A DNA stretch of 64,000 nucleotides from a bacterium. GTDB taxonomy: Bacteria > UBA8248. The stretch is taken from assembly GCA_965261085.1 (NCBI GenBank), contig OZ253442.1:1664001-1728000 (forward strand). The letters run 5' to 3'. The notes beneath the pieces were generated by a model. The model was not told the DNA's origin and made no database searches. It saw only the letters and a program-made list of their open reading frames with translations. Below, piece after piece: positions 30,504-40,429 of this stretch (the first letter of the stretch is position 1; every line of letters begins with the position of its first letter). The translations under genes were made by a program, and so were the position numbers.

Positions 30504-32252
30504 GTGGTGAACTTATTTATTGAAGCAACAAAACAGTCTTCTCTTCGCCATGCATGGTACAGGATCCGTGCAAATGGTATCCGATCACCGCAACAAGAGA
30601 CCCGTGATGCCATTAATGAATTTGAACGCGCTGCTGAGAACTATATTGTCCGTGTTCAGAGAAGATTACGTAATGGCAGCTTTTTGTTTGAACCACAAAC
30701 AGGTGTTAGGAAGAAAAAGCGAAGTGGCGGAAAAAGGGGCATCGTCATGGCCCCTATTCAAAACCGAATCGTCGAGCGTGCTTGGCTGAACTGTCTGCAA
30801 AAACATGTGCCCTTTGTCCGCAATGTGATTCAGACGCCGACGAGCGTAGGCGGCGTTCCTGATCGAAGCGTTCCGCATGGACTACTTCTCATCCGTGGTT
30901 CTATGCGCGAAGGAAAAAAGTGTTTCATTCGGGCGGATATTTCGGGATTTTTTGACGGAATCCCGCGTCGCGATGTCATCTGCACATTGGGGCAGCATAT
31001 TGATGATGGCAATTTCCTGAAGACTTTGGAAGCTGCAACCGAAGTAACCTTGGAGAATGAAAAAGCGCTCGGTGAAGATCGGAAGCTTTTTCCGACTGAT
31101 AGAGAAGGTGTAGCACAAGGATCACCTCTCTCCGCCTTGTTCGGCAATATTCTACTTCATAAATTTGACAAGCAGTTTAATGAACGAGGGATTGTATGCG
31201 TTCGCTTCATAGATGATTTCATCATGCTTGGCGAACGACAAAGTGATGTACGCAAGGCGTTTGAGAATGCAAATGTGCATCTGGAGGATCTTGGTCTCAA
31301 ATGCCATGACCCTTTCAAGAGTGAAACGTCCCAAGGCAAGGCGCAGTATGGCCTTGTTGAAAGTGGTTTTATCTTTCTTGGTTACGATATTCGGCCTGGC
31401 CTTATGCAACCGTCAAAGCAAGCACGGAAGACGTTCTTAAATACGCTGGATCGTCATCTTAGATATGGTCGAGAAGCGATTTTAGATGTTTTGAGCGCGC
31501 AGGACAGCTTCGCGCATCGGCAACGTTATGTGCAGACTTTGGCTCTGCTAGATCGAGTTGTCCGTGGCTGGGGAAACTCGTTCGCTTATTCAAATGCGAC
31601 AGCTACAACGAATGACCTTGACAAACAAATCGAGCTTAAGATTGAGCAGTTTCGTGATTGGTATCGGCGCAAATTGCGCGATGCTGATTGGAAGGCAAAA
31701 CGCCGGGCTGGCGGCGTGTGCCTCCTGGCTGATATCGAGTCGAAAAGCCTTGATGAGCTTCCATTTCGCTTAGGAGAAAGAAAACGATATCGGCGAACAA
31801 AAGGTATGATCGTTGTTTCGACCGACGGTTCGGTGATCGGTGCTGGTCCTCGTGCTGGACGCGATAAGGGCCCAGGTGGCTGGGGAGTCGTTTTTCATAG
31901 TAGTGGTAAAGAGGCGAGTGGGAACGCTTCTGATGTGACGAATAACGAAATGGAGTTGGTGGCTGTCATTGAGGCGCTAAAGCTAACGCCTCCAGGAAGC
32001 AGGGTAAAAATTCGAACTGACAGCCAGTACGTTTATCGTGCGGTACAGGAAAATGCGATGATAAGTTCAAATACCGCGCTATGGAGTTGCTACAAAATCT
32101 TGAGTGCTGAAAGAAAAATCGATGTTGTCTGGATAAAGGGTCACGCAGGTGATCAGCACAATGAACGAGCAAATGAACTGGCTCGGCAGCAGGCCAGTAA
32201 CATGCTCGACTCATCCAAGGCGGGGGGATGGGCGCGCGTGGAATCGCCCTGA
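30504..32252 (+). CDS. Group II-like (G2L-type) reverse transcriptase fused to C-terminal RNase HI
   Basis: RT motifs K.SGGKRGI....NRIVER, ADISGFFD, GVAQGSPLS.LFGNI.L..FD, RFIDDF, FLGY, and thumb/domain-X-like VRGWGNSF. RNase H motifs TDGS..GPGGWG, TNNEMEL, TDSQY, WIKGH...NERANELA. Confidence 0.93.
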   Translation: MVNLFIEATKQSSLRHAWYRIRANGIRSPQQETRDAINEFERAAENYIVRVQRRLRNGSFLFEPQTGVRKKKRSGGKRGIVMAPIQNRIVERAWLNCLQKHVPFVRNVIQTPTSVGGVPDRSVPHGLLLIRGSMREGKKCFIRADISGFFDGIPRRDVICTLGQHIDDGNFLKTLEAATEVTLENEKALGEDRKLFPTDREGVAQGSPLSALFGNILLHKFDKQFNERGIVCVRFIDDFIMLGERQSDVRKAFENANVHLEDLGLKCHDPFKSETSQGKAQYGLVESGFIFLGYDIRPGLMQPSKQARKTFLNTLDRHLRYGREAILDVLSAQDSFAHRQRYVQTLALLDRVVRGWGNSFAYSNATATTNDLDKQIELKIEQFRDWYRRKLRDADWKAKRRAGGVCLLADIESKSLDELPFRLGERKRYRRTKGMIVVSTDGSVIGAGPRAGRDKGPGGWGVVFHSSGKEASGNASDVTNNEMELVAVIEALKLTPPGSRVKIRTDSQYVYRAVQENAMISSNTALWSCYKILSAERKIDVVWIKGHAGDQHNERANELARQQASNMLDSSKAGGWARVESP

Positions 32253-32295
32253 CGGGATTCAGGAGGAGAGGAGCGCGTCGTCCCGCCTTAAGAAA

Positions 32296-33180
32296 TCACT
32301 TGCCCCACACGACGGCCCATGCGCCCAGGACGGAACACGCCCCGCCGATGATGACCTGCGCGCTTATGCGCTCTTGTTTTCTGAAAAAAAGCCAGGAGAA
32401 GAGGATGACGATCAGGATCGAGAGCCGGTTGATGGGAACCACCTGAATAACCTCTCCGTCCTTGATCGCCCACCAGAAGAAAAATGCGGCCAGAAAATTG
32501 CACACCGCGCCCAGGGACGTGATCGTGAGCGAATGGCGGGTGAAGGGGGCGCTTTTCATCTGGAGCGTCGGGAGGAAGAAAAAGCTCGAGACCAGCAGTG
32601 TGAGCGACGTCATGTTCGAGATGCTCATTCCCAGACTGACCGATGGAATGTGGACGAAGCCGTATTTGCGCACGATGTGCGAGATGCTCGCAAAGGCGGC
32701 CCCCACCACGGGGATGAGGTAATAAGTGAGCGGAACCCGTCTTTCGATGGCTTTCTTGTCGTATAGGAGCAGGACCCCGCCCGCCATGATGCCCAGCGTC
32801 CCCAGCGTCACCAGGGGGGTGAGCGTCTCGCCCAATAGAATGACGGCCAGCCCTGTGGACCAGATGAGCCCCGTTTGCGTCAGTATGGGCGTGCGGGCCA
32901 GGCCCAGAAGCTTGATGGATATCATCCCCATGTAGCGCCCGCCCAATCCGCCGACCACCCCCACGAGAACGAACCACAAGACCCCGTAGAGCGGCCAGTG
33001 GTCGAGCCCCTCGCCCATCGCATAGAGGCCCAGGGCGAAGAAGGTGGTGATGATCGTCGCGATTACCGTAGTCACGAGGGGGCTCAAGCTCATGAGCGCG
33101 CCCCGGTAGAGGGTTCTGGCGACGGAGATGAAAAACGCCGAGAGAAGCGCCATCAGGTTGGGATGCAGTGGCTCGAGCAA
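32296..33180 (-). CDS. DMT/EamA family transporter
   Basis: About 10 hydrophobic segments in two repeats; LLGE motif. Confidence 0.85.
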   Translation of the reverse strand: MLEPLHPNLMALLSAFFISVARTLYRGALMSLSPLVTTVIATIITTFFALGLYAMGEGLDHWPLYGVLWFVLVGVVGGLGGRYMGMISIKLLGLARTPILTQTGLIWSTGLAVILLGETLTPLVTLGTLGIMAGGVLLLYDKKAIERRVPLTYYLIPVVGAAFASISHIVRKYGFVHIPSVSLGMSISNMTSLTLLVSSFFFLPTLQMKSAPFTRHSLTITSLGAVCNFLAAFFFWWAIKDGEVIQVVPINRLSILIVILFSWLFFRKQERISAQVIIGGACSVLGAWAVVWGK

Positions 33181-33302
33181 ATGGAAAACCTGAGATAAGA
33201 GAAAAACCTATTATCCACCCGCGGAGGGGGCAGGGCAAGGGAGGGGTTCCGACCAATGCAAGAGGAATTGCGACCGAAGAGGGATGATTGCGATTGGACC
33301 GA

Positions 33303-33612
33303 CGTCATTCCGGCGCATGCCGGAATCCAGGCGGACGAGGAGTTCATCGGTTCTAGATTCCAGCATGCGCCGGAATGACGGTGTTACAGGACAATCTCGA
33401 CCGATGACGTAGGAGCAGCGCCTTTGTAGGTCGGACATATATGTCCGCCACCCATATATGCGTCCCATGCTCTATCGTCTTCAAAAGAAGGGTCGCAACA
33501 TGTGCGACCTCTACGAGGTTCCTCCTGCCCGCCACGCGCGAACGGCTCCTACGCCCTAGTAGGGTCCGTTCGCGAATGGTGGGGCGACCCCGAAATGAGG
33601 CCGCCCCTACCA
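33303..33612. repeat. REP cluster: GTCATTCCGGCGCATGCCGGAATCC inverted pair plus GTAG-type palindromes
   Basis: Palindromes seen directly; same family as those at 4338, 4469, 14852, 14968 and 35476. Confidence 0.75.
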
Positions 33613-33622
33613 TGTATTCGTT

Positions 33623-35398
33623 CTACTTCTCAGGCACCACGGGCAGCATGATGTAAGACGCGTGGTCCGGTCCGCAGTGGAGTGTCACGTTTTTCCCAAA
33701 TATCTCCTCGGGCCTGTCCGTGGGGTCATCGTGTAAGAACGGCCCGCAGCCCCTGAACACGTTCTTCATGTTCGAGAGTTTGTGTGTCGTGGCGCAACTG
33801 TACTCATAATCCTTGCCGCGCACGCTGAGCGCCAGCCGGTAGCCGGGGGGCGCCACGATGCAGGTGGGCCAGACCTCGATGTCGAGATCATATATCTCAC
33901 CGGGGTTTAAGTATTGCTTCTCATCATGCGCCTGGTAGGGCTTCCACTCGGTGGACAACTCGGGCACGAGCTTTCTGTGCGAGGCCCGGAGCCAGCCCTG
34001 CGCGATGGGGGTGTTCGGGTCGAGCGTGCCCTGGAAGGTGATCTCCTTCATATCGGGCGTGAACAGGCGCAAGACGAGGAACAAGTCCGCGTCCTCGGTT
34101 TCCGAGGAAACGAAAAGCTTGGACGCGATGGGGCCCGTTATCTCCGTCTCCTTCTCAAAGGGCGGCAGCATGAAGGTCACGCCGTCGCTCAACCCCGCGT
34201 AGGTGATGGTTTGCTTGGCCTCGAGAGGTGCGGAACCCAGGTTCATGTGGGCCGGGTCCAGATAAAACTTCGTCCACTGCGTGCGTGCGAGGGGCCATTC
34301 GTTCTCGCCGCGCTCGACGAATTTTTCCCCCACGTGTCGCACCTTGAGCATGACGGGCGGTTTTTCCATCCAGCCTGTGTCTTCACCCTTCAAGTAATGG
34401 CCAAAAAACTGTTTCTGGAGCTTTTCCCCGTAGGGGGTGTAAAACTCCGTCCAGTGCTCGAAGCCGTGGACTTCCAGCCATTTCTCGGTAGAGGCCGCCC
34501 GCATGAAGCCCTCGTAGTTTCCCCTGGGGTGTAAGCCCTGTCCGCCCCAACTCGCCGCCGAGATGAAGGGTGTTTTTATCTTGTCCCAGTGGGCGGAGCG
34601 ATCTGTATACCACTCGCCATCCAGCGGGCGTTCGAGGATGTCACCCCCGTAGTCCGAGCGGTTTTTCTCCATCTCTTCTTCGCTCAAGGTCTCGGGGCCG
34701 CAGGCCAGACCGCCGTGGACGCGGCTTTTCGGGCCGTTCTCCCCCAGGCCGTACTGCACGCTTTTGACCTGCATGTCGTACCAGTTGGCGAGGAACGTCG
34801 TGAGGATGCCGCCCTGGTGGCTCATGTCGCGGTAGAAATCGGCCGATCCCTCCCAGACGCACATGGCGGCCAGATTTTTGGGTTGCAGTCCCGCCACATG
34901 CCATTGGTTGATGGCGTAATAGGAGATTCCCGTGAGGCCCACCTTGCCGTTGCACCAGGGCTGCTCGCCCGCCCAGTCGATGCAGATGGCGAAATCCTTG
35001 GTCTCGCGCGGGGAGAAGTGGTCGATATAGCCCGGCGAGCGGCCGGCGCCGCGCGAATCCACGCGCACGCAGATGTAGCCGTCCGGCACCCATTTCTCGG
35101 GGTCCACGACCTCCCAGCTCTGGTGGACGTTCGAGGAGCCTTCGATGGCGTCTGGATGCGCGCCGGCGAAAAGCTCCCACGCCGTCTCGTACCCGTCCTG
35201 CCATGCCAGGTCCTTCGCATAGGGGCCGTAGCTTAATATGACGGGGTATTTGCCGTCATCATCGGGACGGTAGACGTTCGCCCGCAGCACCAGGCCGTCT
35301 TCCATCCGGATGGGGACGTCCCATTCGATAAGAAAGCCGTCTCGTTTCTCGGTTCGGTATTGAGGGTCCGTGCTCAGGTCGATATCGCTCATGTTCAC
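33623..35398 (-). CDS. CocE/NonD family serine hydrolase
   Basis: YGPY.K, DSRGAGRSPG, GISYY; PepX C-terminal domain (GWLRASHR). Confidence 0.93.
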   Translation of the reverse strand: MNMSDIDLSTDPQYRTEKRDGFLIEWDVPIRMEDGLVLRANVYRPDDDGKYPVILSYGPYAKDLAWQDGYETAWELFAGAHPDAIEGSSNVHQSWEVVDPEKWVPDGYICVRVDSRGAGRSPGYIDHFSPRETKDFAICIDWAGEQPWCNGKVGLTGISYYAINQWHVAGLQPKNLAAMCVWEGSADFYRDMSHQGGILTTFLANWYDMQVKSVQYGLGENGPKSRVHGGLACGPETLSEEEMEKNRSDYGGDILERPLDGEWYTDRSAHWDKIKTPFISAASWGGQGLHPRGNYEGFMRAASTEKWLEVHGFEHWTEFYTPYGEKLQKQFFGHYLKGEDTGWMEKPPVMLKVRHVGEKFVERGENEWPLARTQWTKFYLDPAHMNLGSAPLEAKQTITYAGLSDGVTFMLPPFEKETEITGPIASKLFVSSETEDADLFLVLRLFTPDMKEITFQGTLDPNTPIAQGWLRASHRKLVPELSTEWKPYQAHDEKQYLNPGEIYDLDIEVWPTCIVAPPGYRLALSVRGKDYEYSCATTHKLSNMKNVFRGCGPFLHDDPTDRPEEIFGKNVTLHCGPDHASYIMLPVVPEK

Positions 35399-35605
35399 CT
35401 CATCGGTTCATTGTGGAAACAACGCGCCCCGAATGGGCTTTTTCATAACTCTGTCTTGGTATCCGCTTAAAGCTCGTCATTCCGTGATGATTTAACACGG
35501 AATCCAGAAACACCCCAAGCTAGGCGTCTCACCTTTGGAAACCTCCGGATTCCGCCTGAGAGCATGGCGGGATGACGTATATTCAATATGCCATCGCCTC
35601 CGTTC

Positions 35606-37357
35606 TTATTTCTCGGGTATCACCGGCAGCATCACGTAGGCCGCGTGCTCTCCGCCGCAGTGTAAGGTGACGTTTTTCCCGAACACCGCGGCCGGCCTGT
35701 CCTTGGGGTCGGTGTGAATAAAACAACCGCAACCAGTGAACTCGTTTTTCATGTTGGAGAGGCCGCCGCCCACGCCGCCCGGATATTCATAGTCCTTTCC
35801 GCGCACCGTGAAGGCGACCCGGTAGCCCTCGGGAATCACGATGCAGGTCGGCCAAATCTCGATGTCGAGTTCATAGACCGCACCCGGCGTCAGGGGTTGT
35901 TCCTCATCGTGCGTGTGGTAGGGCCTGTAGGGCAGTGTTTTTTCAGGGTCGAGTTTCCTGTGCGAGGCTCTCAGCCAGCCCTGCGCGATGGGGGTGTGCG
36001 GGTCGAGTGCGCCCTGGAATACGACTTCTTCCATGTTGGGCGAGAAGACGCGCACGACGAGGAAGAGGTCCGCGTCCCTCGACTCTGAGGACACGAAGAG
36101 CTTGGCCGCTATGGGGCCGGTGACTTCCGTGTCTTCGGAGATGGGCGTCGTGGTGAAGGTGACGCCGTCGCTGAAGCCCGCGTAGGTGGTGGCCGCAGCA
36201 TCTGCGACGGGGGCGTCTTCGAGCGAGTGTGTATTCGCGTTTAAGTAGTATTTCGTCCACTGCGTCCGCGCGAGGGGCCATTCGCTCTCGTGTCGCTCGA
36301 CGAAGCGCTCGCCGGGGTGGCGCACCTGGAGCAGCACCCGGGGCTGCTCCGGCCAGCCGGTGTCCTCGCCCTTGAGATAGTGGCCAAAGAATTTCTTCTG
36401 CATGTTGACGCCGTAGTCGGTGTAAAACTCCGTCCAGTGTTCGATGCCGTGGACTTCGAGCCATTTCTCCTCACAGCCGGTTTCGAGAAAACCCTCGAAG
36501 TTCCCGCGCGGGTGCAAGCCCTGTCCGCCCCAGTTGGCCGAAGAGAGGAGGGGTACCTGGATTTTACTGAAATCGGGCATTCTCGACTGCCAGAATTCGT
36601 CGGTGTCCAGCTTGTGGGAAAAACAATCCTCGCCGAAATCGTTTCGGTTCGCGCCGAGTTCCTCCTCGGTGAGGGTCGGAGGGCCGGAAACCCAATCGCC
36701 CGTGAAGCGGCTCTTGAAGCCGCGCTTGCCGCGACCGTGCTGCACGCTGTAGACCTGCATCTCGGGCCAGTTGCGCGCGAAGCCGTTACAGAAGATGCCG
36801 CCGTGGTGAGCCATTTCCCGGTAATAATCGGCCGCCCCCTCCCAGACGCACATGGCGGTCAGGTGCGGCGGCTGGAGCTCGCCCACCTGCCACTGGTTCA
36901 TGCCGTAATAGGAGATGCCGTTCAGCCCGATCTTGCCCGTGCTCCAGGGCTGCACCGCCGCCCATTCGATGCACTGGTAGAAGTCTTGCGCCTCGCGCGC
37001 CGACCAGATGTCGATGACGCCTGGGGATCTGCCCGCGCCGCGCGAATCCACGCGAATGCAGACGTAGCCGTCGGGCACCCATTTTTCCGGGTCCACGACC
37101 TCCCAGTTCTGGTACTTGTTGGTGGAGCCTGCGGGCACGTCAGGGTGTTCCTCGACCATGCGCGTCCAGCAGGTCTCGTATAGGTCTTCAAAGTGCAGGT
37201 ATTTCCCGTACGGGCCGTACGTCATGATGACGGGGTATTTCCCGTCGTCCTGGGGGCGGTATACGTCGCACCGCAGAACGACGCCGTCTTCCATGGGGAT
37301 GGGCGCGTCCCAGTCGATGCGCATCCCGTCTCTGTCTTCGGTCTTGAAATCGCTCAT
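35606..37357 (-). CDS. CocE/NonD family serine hydrolase (tandem paralog)
   Basis: Same motifs; collinear with its neighbour. Confidence 0.93.
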   Translation of the reverse strand: MSDFKTEDRDGMRIDWDAPIPMEDGVVLRCDVYRPQDDGKYPVIMTYGPYGKYLHFEDLYETCWTRMVEEHPDVPAGSTNKYQNWEVVDPEKWVPDGYVCIRVDSRGAGRSPGVIDIWSAREAQDFYQCIEWAAVQPWSTGKIGLNGISYYGMNQWQVGELQPPHLTAMCVWEGAADYYREMAHHGGIFCNGFARNWPEMQVYSVQHGRGKRGFKSRFTGDWVSGPPTLTEEELGANRNDFGEDCFSHKLDTDEFWQSRMPDFSKIQVPLLSSANWGGQGLHPRGNFEGFLETGCEEKWLEVHGIEHWTEFYTDYGVNMQKKFFGHYLKGEDTGWPEQPRVLLQVRHPGERFVERHESEWPLARTQWTKYYLNANTHSLEDAPVADAAATTYAGFSDGVTFTTTPISEDTEVTGPIAAKLFVSSESRDADLFLVVRVFSPNMEEVVFQGALDPHTPIAQGWLRASHRKLDPEKTLPYRPYHTHDEEQPLTPGAVYELDIEIWPTCIVIPEGYRVAFTVRGKDYEYPGGVGGGLSNMKNEFTGCGCFIHTDPKDRPAAVFGKNVTLHCGGEHAAYVMLPVIPEK

Positions 37358-37707
37358 TCTGTCTTTCTCCTTCGTTCGTCAAAGGTGTTTTAGAACAGGC
37401 GGCGCGAATGGCCGCCACGAAAAATTTGGTTGTCCTATCGGTGAACGCGGCGATTATAGCGGGCTTGCGCTTCGTGATCCAGATGGGCGGGCCAATCGCG
37501 ACTGATGAAGGAGCGATTGCTTGCGGATGAGGAAAGCATCCGTTCGCAAACCTCCTCGCTCGGAATTGACCCCCACCGGTTCGCTTGCGGGCTTGCGCCC
37601 TAAGCTCACCGACGGACTTTCCCCTCGGAAAGCCCGACCCTCAAGGGGGGAGTGGTATTCGTTATTGTTCATAGGTTTCGTAGGTTAGGTCGCGACCCGC
37701 GCTCCCC

Positions 37708-38739
37708 TCAATTCGTCCGGTAGGCCTGCGTGATGGCCTGGCTCGAGGTGTTCCAGCCCGGGATGACGAGACACGAGGGGCCGGGGATGCCCCCTGCGAC
37801 GATTAAGAGAATGTCTTCTGGCTCATGCACCATGGGGACGGGGAAATCATCGTCTTCGTGGTCCACCCAGGCCGGCCAGCGCGAGAGTTCGGGCCCCCGG
37901 TAGCGCCCGCCTTTTTTAAGCACCCCCACGGGCATTCTCGCCCGCTCGAAGAGTTCTCGTTTCACATCCGCTCGGCTCAGGCCCCCCCGCGCGAGAATGT
38001 CGGCGTGATCGGGGCCGACGACGATGACCCAGTTCGTCTGCGTGTAGGCCGTCGTGGCGCCCATCGCGCACATCGTGCTCGCCAGGGTGGTGAGGACGCC
38101 TTCGGGCTTTGCGCTCACGTCGTCCATGGCCATGCGCGGGGGTTCGGCGTTGCAGACCGTGAGGACGTCGGCATCCCGCCCGTAGCCGAAATCGCCCGGC
38201 AGCGGCTCCCAGGGGCTTTGCTCCTCGTTCTCACGGACGCAGTAGGTGAATTTCGAGGGGCTGCCGAAGGTGCTCATGTCCGAGACGCCCGGAAGCCCGC
38301 CCCCTAAATTCATCATGATGAGCCTTATCGCCCGGCCGATGGTGGCGTTCGCCCGAAAGCCGGGGCCGAAACAGCCGGAACCCCCGTGGACGCCGATCTC
38401 ACGGGCGTAGGGGCCGTTCAGTATCAACAAAGGCCCGCCGGTGAACATGGTGGCCTGAATGCCCACGAGGTTGAAGCGCTCGACCAGCATGGTCTCCATG
38501 GCTCCGAGCACCACGGGCAGATATTCGGGTTTGCAGCCCGCCATCACGGCGTGTAAGGCGACGCTTTCCACAGTCGCCGTGTTCAGCGAGGGGGGAACGT
38601 CTCCCAGCACCTCTGCCGGATCTCTGCTAGTGCCGCCCAGCATCCAGGCGAGGCGCTCGGGCGTGGGCGTCACCACGGGCAGCCCGTCCGACCAGGGCAT
38701 CTCGAAAAAATACTCAAAAGGGTCCGTCGTCTGGTTCAT
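37708..38739 (-). CDS. Conserved hypothetical protein (paralog of 10582-11610)
   Basis: WSDGLPVVTPT, AVMAGCKPEY, GPGFRANATIGRA. Confidence 0.75.
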   Translation of the reverse strand: MNQTTDPFEYFFEMPWSDGLPVVTPTPERLAWMLGGTSRDPAEVLGDVPPSLNTATVESVALHAVMAGCKPEYLPVVLGAMETMLVERFNLVGIQATMFTGGPLLILNGPYAREIGVHGGSGCFGPGFRANATIGRAIRLIMMNLGGGLPGVSDMSTFGSPSKFTYCVRENEEQSPWEPLPGDFGYGRDADVLTVCNAEPPRMAMDDVSAKPEGVLTTLASTMCAMGATTAYTQTNWVIVVGPDHADILARGGLSRADVKRELFERARMPVGVLKKGGRYRGPELSRWPAWVDHEDDDFPVPMVHEPEDILLIVAGGIPGPSCLVIPGWNTSSQAITQAYRTN

Positions 38740-38748
38740 CGCGTGTCC

Positions 38749-39642
38749 TTACAGGGTGAGATTGTAGAAATTTCTTGCGTTCTCGAACGACACTTTGCGG
38801 ATCGCCTCCTCCGATAAACCGGCGTTTCGCATGGCACGCAGCGTCTTGGGAACCGAGAGGATGTCGATGGGCCGGTAGCCCAGGTGGTCGGAGTTCAGCA
38901 TGATACGGTCCGGCCCGAATGTCTCCACCCACTCGATGACCTGGGCGGGCTGGAGCGGCCTGAGCGCGCTGCCGATGCTGATGGCGCACATGGCGCGCGT
39001 GTTCTTGTGGATGTATTCGACCGTCGTGGCGTCGGTGTGATCGACTGCGACTTGGGCTTCATCGAAACCGGCCTTGGCCAGCACCTCTAAATCTTTTTGC
39101 ATGTAATGAAGCCGGATTTGCTCGGGCGGCACGTCTTCCTGCACGGCGACTTTGCCCAGAAAATCCTTGCTCTTTTTAGGAGTCGGCGTATGCAGGATGA
39201 TGGGTTTATCGTGTTTTTTGGCTATCTCCGCCTGGGCTTCGAGGCAGGCGGCTTGTTCTTCCATCGGCCAGGTGAGGGAGAAATATTGCGTGGGGTCCAG
39301 GCCGATCTCCCCGAAGGCGACGACGCCGGGGTTTTCGAGTAAGCCGGGGAGTTCCGCCAACAATTTTTCCCAGTCGTTCACCCGCGTCATCGAGCTGATG
39401 CCGACCGCGCAGTGGATTTTGATGAAGTGCTGCGCCTCCAGAGCCCGGACCATCTCGATGGGGCCCTCCCAGAAGCGCATGATGTCGTCGTAGCCCGGCG
39501 CTTCGTCCCACACCTCGCGGTAGAGGTGGGGGTTGCCGCAGGAGAGCACCGCCGCGCGCATACCCGTCGTGCCGAGGAGTTCCCATTCGTCCCAGTTCAG
39601 GGCGTGCATGTGGTTGTGGCTGTCGATGTATTCGCCGAACAT
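38749..39642 (-). CDS. TatD-like / amidohydrolase-fold metal-dependent hydrolase
   Basis: IDSHNH, AFGEIGLD, ILHTP, VDH, MLNSD. Confidence 0.85.
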   Translation of the reverse strand: MFGEYIDSHNHMHALNWDEWELLGTTGMRAAVLSCGNPHLYREVWDEAPGYDDIMRFWEGPIEMVRALEAQHFIKIHCAVGISSMTRVNDWEKLLAELPGLLENPGVVAFGEIGLDPTQYFSLTWPMEEQAACLEAQAEIAKKHDKPIILHTPTPKKSKDFLGKVAVQEDVPPEQIRLHYMQKDLEVLAKAGFDEAQVAVDHTDATTVEYIHKNTRAMCAISIGSALRPLQPAQVIEWVETFGPDRIMLNSDHLGYRPIDILSVPKTLRAMRNAGLSEEAIRKVSFENARNFYNLTL

Positions 39643-39995
39643 CGGAACCTCTCAGCTCGTTGGACGCTTTGAGGGTCAACCTATCCGCATGAACCCCGGG
39701 GGTCAAGGGGAGGAGGGGAATAGGGAATATCAGGCGGGAGTGAAGCCCTACAATAACCAATGCCGGAGACGCGTGCTCCCGGCGATAGAATTGGACTCTA
39801 TATATCGCGGGGTGGGTTACGAGAAGATCGGCCCGCGTTCCGTCCGCCGTATCGCGGATGGTCTCGCTCGGCTGGCCTGTGGTAAAGTCATCTATAATTG
39901 TTACGTTCGCAACAATATCCGCCAGTGTCGACCCGTGCACGGTTTCCCGAAGATGAACTATTAACTACTACAGTTCGCCCCAGTATGCTAGGTTA

Positions 39996-40412
39996 CTATA
40001 TTGAAGAGTTACGAATTGCACTGACAATACTGTTTGTTTGCCATCCGACCATCTCGTCTGCAAGGTTTTGTACATCGACCGGGACGCGAATTTGGCCCCA
40101 TGGAACGATGCCAATGATTGGCTTTCGGTAGGCGCGGGCGGTATCGATTTCCTCCTGAATCCATTTCCGGTGATTCAAATACATCCCCGACACGACCAAA
40201 AAGCAGTTAACAGGCCGAATTTGTCTGTCGAGTGCCGTGCTAAGTTCCTTATCGGTCTTGGTTCCTAGTGGATCGTGCTCTGGTACGGAGTAGTTTCTCC
40301 AAGAAAAATTTGGGGCGGAACCAAGCAACTCCGCAAGGCGATAATATTCCGAGTTCTCGGTGCTGCGCCATACGTGACTCAAGAAAAGATCATATGTTTT
40401 GAGAATAGGCAT
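39996..40412 (-). CDS. TIR-like domain protein (MTH538/DUF1863, ThsB-like)
   Basis: LFLSH.W, NYSVP, QIRP....LV.SGMY..HRKWIQEEI..A....KPIIGI.PWG. Confidence 0.85.
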   Translation of the reverse strand: MPILKTYDLFLSHVWRSTENSEYYRLAELLGSAPNFSWRNYSVPEHDPLGTKTDKELSTALDRQIRPVNCFLVVSGMYLNHRKWIQEEIDTARAYRKPIIGIVPWGQIRVPVDVQNLADEMVGWQTNSIVSAIRNSSI

Positions 40413-40429
40413 CGGATATCACTTTGCAG

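Noticed and set aside
29774-32300. RT as a mobile group II intron
   Set aside because: No recognisable domain V/VI after the ORF (only ~45 bp to the next gene), no GUGYG 5' end identified, FIDD rather than YADD, and RNase H in place of an HNH endonuclease domain
37490-37560. Hammerhead-like CTGATGA...GAAA or c-di-GMP-like motif
   Set aside because: Hammerhead stem II cannot form; the sequence resolves into two simple hairpins; the GGCAAAC element is missing and the orientation is opposite to the flanking genes
39206-39964. ORFs 39206-39940(-) and 39533-39964(+) at the island edge
   Set aside because: Both overlap the TatD-like gene and show no recognisable motif; no duplicated tRNA 3' end (att site) was found here
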